From sequence record MZ501107: DNA of 43,627 nt; one strand, 5' to 3'. Every line of letters begins with the position of its first letter. Within the stretch, counting starts at the first letter, position 1. The stretch comes from Escherichia phage TheodorHerzl. Shown piece by piece: positions 41,359 to 43,627 of the stretch. The position numbers and the translations under genes are program-made. Below the pieces are notes generated by a model. The model was given only the letters and a program-made list of their open reading frames with translations. It ran no database searches and was not told where the DNA came from.

Positions 41359-41600
41359 TTATCTCCGTCCTGTTGTTTGTTATCATAGGGGCTTCGTCCC
41401 TGTTTAACGTGTACGCGCCATCCGTTCAGGATGGCTTCTTCGGTCGGGTGTTATATCTGCTCACGGCGATGATCTGCATTATCGGATTGTTGCAGACAGG
41501 AGACGTATCAGATACTACCTGGACCGCGTTAATCTGGCTGTTTGCATTGCGCACACTGCGTAATGCTGTTTTGAATGGGGTAAAACATGCGATTCAGTGA
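41355..41600 (+). CDS. second holin-like / antiholin-like membrane protein
   Basis: 81 aa with RBS GGGGGG and two or three hydrophobic helices. Overlaps the endolysin start. Confidence 0.5.
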   Translation: MIISVLLFVIIGASSLFNVYAPSVQDGFFGRVLYLLTAMICIIGLLQTGDVSDTTWTALIWLFALRTLRNAVLNGVKHAIQ

Positions 41601-42078
41601 CAACGGTCTAAGATTTACGGCAGCATGGGAGGCTTTCAGCCCGGTGCCGTATTTCGCGACCAAGAAAGAGCAGGCCCGCGGCCTGTACACTTGGGGTTAT
41701 GGTCATACCGGCACTAATCCGCCTCGAAGCATTACCCGCGAGGAAGCGCTGGAACTGCTCAAGCGCGATGTGGCGTATGCCGAGGACTGGGTGAACAAAT
41801 ACGCACATCCGAGCATTAACCAGGCGCAATTCGACGCGCTGGTGGATCTGGTAATCAACGCCGGTCCGGGTCCGATCGTACCGGATGACGTCGCGAACGA
41901 CTTTGATGATGCGGTCCGCCTGGGCGACTGGGCGAAGGTACGGGCTACTCTGCCGCAGTTCCGCAAGCAAGGCGGGGAAGTGCTTAAGGGTCTGGTCCGT
42001 CGCGCAATCGGCAGGCAAGCACTATTCGATGGTAAGCCGTGGGACGTTGCCGAGAAAATCGGGCGTAACGCAGCATAA
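41587..42078 (+). CDS. endolysin (lysozyme, GH24-like)
   Basis: 163 aa. The N-terminus MRFSDNGLRFTAAWEAFSPVPY...GLYTWGYGHT and the LKGLVRRAIGRQALF motif are typical of T4/lambda-type lysozymes. Confidence 0.85.
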   Translation: MRFSDNGLRFTAAWEAFSPVPYFATKKEQARGLYTWGYGHTGTNPPRSITREEALELLKRDVAYAEDWVNKYAHPSINQAQFDALVDLVINAGPGPIVPDDVANDFDDAVRLGDWAKVRATLPQFRKQGGEVLKGLVRRAIGRQALFDGKPWDVAEKIGRNAA

Positions 42079-42268
42079 TACGAGGTAACACAGTATGTTA
42101 AAAAGCATTCTTGATCATAACGCCGACGCGCTCGCCGCGCTGGCTAAAACCTAAGATCCGGGCGCGCGAGCTATCATCGCGGATACTATCAACCACGCTG
42201 GGGTCTTCGATGCGAAGCTGCCAAGCCCACCCCCGCAGGAAGAGTCTGACCCCGTAGCGTAAACTATC

Positions 42269-42297
42269 AAGCCCGGTTAATTCCGGGCTTTTTATTG
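42269..42297 (+). terminator. intrinsic terminator after the lysis genes
   Basis: AGCCCGG-TTAATT-CCGGGCT followed by TTTTATT. Confidence 0.7.
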
Positions 42298-42354
42298 CCC
42301 GCCTCGATAAGTCCCGTGATATATTGTCCCCGGTCCCATAATCAGGAAGTAATT

Positions 42355-43497
42355 ATGCACCCGCAAACTAAAATCACAGACGAGCAATTGATTGCTGAAT
42401 TACAATCCGGCGCTACATCGAAAGAGATTTCTAAGAAGTACGGCTTGTCCCTCCGAAACGTCTACATGCGGAAAGCACGCTTGTCGAAAAAAGGAATTGG
42501 GCATGGCAATGATGCTGTAATCCGCAAGCGCGTTGCCGATGGCTTCGGTGTTAAGCGCGTATCGGCCCTGGTGCGCGGCAATGGCGAAGAGGTCATGTCG
42601 TGGGTTATCACTGAGCAGGACAAGGAGCGACAACTCGAAGCTATGCGCGCTGTTATCGAGGGTATGAACAGCGAAATCACACCGGCAGCGCCAGTAAAAG
42701 CCCCGCCAGTACCGATCCAGGCGCTCGACTTGCTCAACCTGTACACCGTGTCAGACTTCCACCTGGGCATGTTGGCATGGGGCGAGGAGACTGGCGAAGA
42801 CTGGGATATGGCGATCGCCGAAGACCTGTTCTACCGCTGGTTTGTCGAAGCCTTCGCCCGCGCACCGGACGCAGGCACTGCCGTAATTAATATCCTCGGG
42901 GATATGGCCCACTTTGATAGCCTCGACGCTGTCACTCCGGCAAGTGGTCACGTACTGGACGCCGACACCCGCTACCAGAAACTGGTCCGATACATGATTC
43001 GCATGGTGCGCAACGTCGTCGAACTGGCGCTGCAAAAACACCACAAAGTAAAACTGCTAATCGTCCAGGGAAATCATGACGAGTCGGGTATGATTTGGCT
43101 GGCTGAGATGTTCAATACTCTGTACGAGAACGAGCCGCGCGTCGATGTGGATACGTCCCCGGACGTCTACAAAATGGTGCAGCACGGCAAGACCACGCTA
43201 TTTTTCCACCACGGGCACAAAGCGCGATTCGATGCTATCGAGCAGGTTATGATTTCTAAATTCAGACAGGCTTTCGGATCCAGTGAGTATAGCTACGCGC
43301 ACGTAGGCCACTTGCACCACCAGAAGATCGTCGAGTCTCGCAATATGATTGTTGAACAGCACCGGACGCTCGCAGCGAAAGACGCCTACGCCAGTCGTGG
43401 CGGTTGGATGTCCGGTCGCAGCGCAAACGTCATCACCTACAGCGCCAACTACGGCGAAGTAGCGCGCTTAACCATTAGCCCAGAAATGTTGAAGTAA
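42355..43497 (+). CDS. HTH domain fused to calcineurin-like metallophosphoesterase
   Basis: 380 aa from the ATG with RBS AGGAAG. N-terminal HTH TSKEISKKYGLSLRNVYMRKARL. Phosphoesterase motifs SDFHLG (D-x-H), LGDMAHFD (GD), QGNHDE (GNHD/E), HHGH and HVGHLHH. Located directly upstream of the small terminase if the genome is circularised. Confidence 0.7.
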   Translation: MHPQTKITDEQLIAELQSGATSKEISKKYGLSLRNVYMRKARLSKKGIGHGNDAVIRKRVADGFGVKRVSALVRGNGEEVMSWVITEQDKERQLEAMRAVIEGMNSEITPAAPVKAPPVPIQALDLLNLYTVSDFHLGMLAWGEETGEDWDMAIAEDLFYRWFVEAFARAPDAGTAVINILGDMAHFDSLDAVTPASGHVLDADTRYQKLVRYMIRMVRNVVELALQKHHKVKLLIVQGNHDESGMIWLAEMFNTLYENEPRVDVDTSPDVYKMVQHGKTTLFFHHGHKARFDAIEQVMISKFRQAFGSSEYSYAHVGHLHHQKIVESRNMIVEQHRTLAAKDAYASRGGWMSGRSANVITYSANYGEVARLTISPEMLK

Positions 43498-43627
43498 CCC
43501 CGCGCTGTAACCCTCCCAGCCTGCCGATTTGGTGGGCTTTTTTGTGCCTGTTATAATCCCACTTAGATGGCAGGGCCGTCTCCTATGTTGCCGATGGTCG
43601 GCGCATATGAACAAAAGGGCTTATATC

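Noticed and set aside
42095-42154. 19-codon ORF (MLKSILDHNADALAALAKT) just after the endolysin
   Set aside because: Too short, with no RBS or conservation evidence; likely non-coding leader or spacer sequence.
43498-43560. Possible terminator after the HTH-phosphoesterase gene
   Set aside because: A T-run (GGGCTTTTTTGT) is present, but I could not find a convincing GC-rich stem upstream of it. Left unannotated.
1-43627. Prophage or temperate lifestyle (integrase, repressor, attachment site)
   Set aside because: No tyrosine or serine recombinase-like ORF, no CI-like repressor and no tRNA or att-like flank were found. The gene content points to a virulent phage genome linearised at terS.

Overview
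The window reads as a complete or near-complete ~43.6 kb genome of a virulent tailed phage (siphovirus-type with a lambda-like tail-tip module), linearised at the small terminase gene. No integrase, repressor, tRNA or CRISPR array was seen. All calls are from reading the sequence and the ORF track by eye; no database search was run. Layout: (1) 1-23.4 kb, plus strand: terS, terL, portal, head morphogenesis, an overlapping Rz/Rz1-like spanin pair, scaffold, major capsid, connector/neck proteins, major tail protein, G/GT chaperone with a -1 frameshift, tape measure, and M-L-K-I-J-like tail-tip genes, then a tail fibre with a C-terminal self-cleaving chaperone domain. Two minus-strand insertions interrupt it: a truncated beta-sliding-clamp (DnaN) homologue at 5.0-5.5 kb, and a lipoprotein plus 311-aa cassette at 20.4-21.6 kb. 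(2) 23.4-35.5 kb, minus strand: early/replication operon with family A DNA polymerase, VRR-NUC nuclease, SNF2-type helicase, DUF2815-like ssDNA-binding and DUF2800-like nuclease proteins, Dam methyltransferase, a short C5-methyltransferase-like protein, HNH and HAD proteins. (3) 35.9-43.5 kb, plus strand: HTH regulator, primase-helicase, small genes, holin/endolysin and an HTH-metallophosphoesterase fusion. Most notable: the mini-clamp gene; two copies of a conserved GGGACA-iteron plus long-hairpin element (about 11.14-11.52 kb and 38.54-39.02 kb); a recurring ATTGGTTGCA promoter motif; the minus-strand lipoprotein cassette; and an acidic/lysine-rich first early protein.
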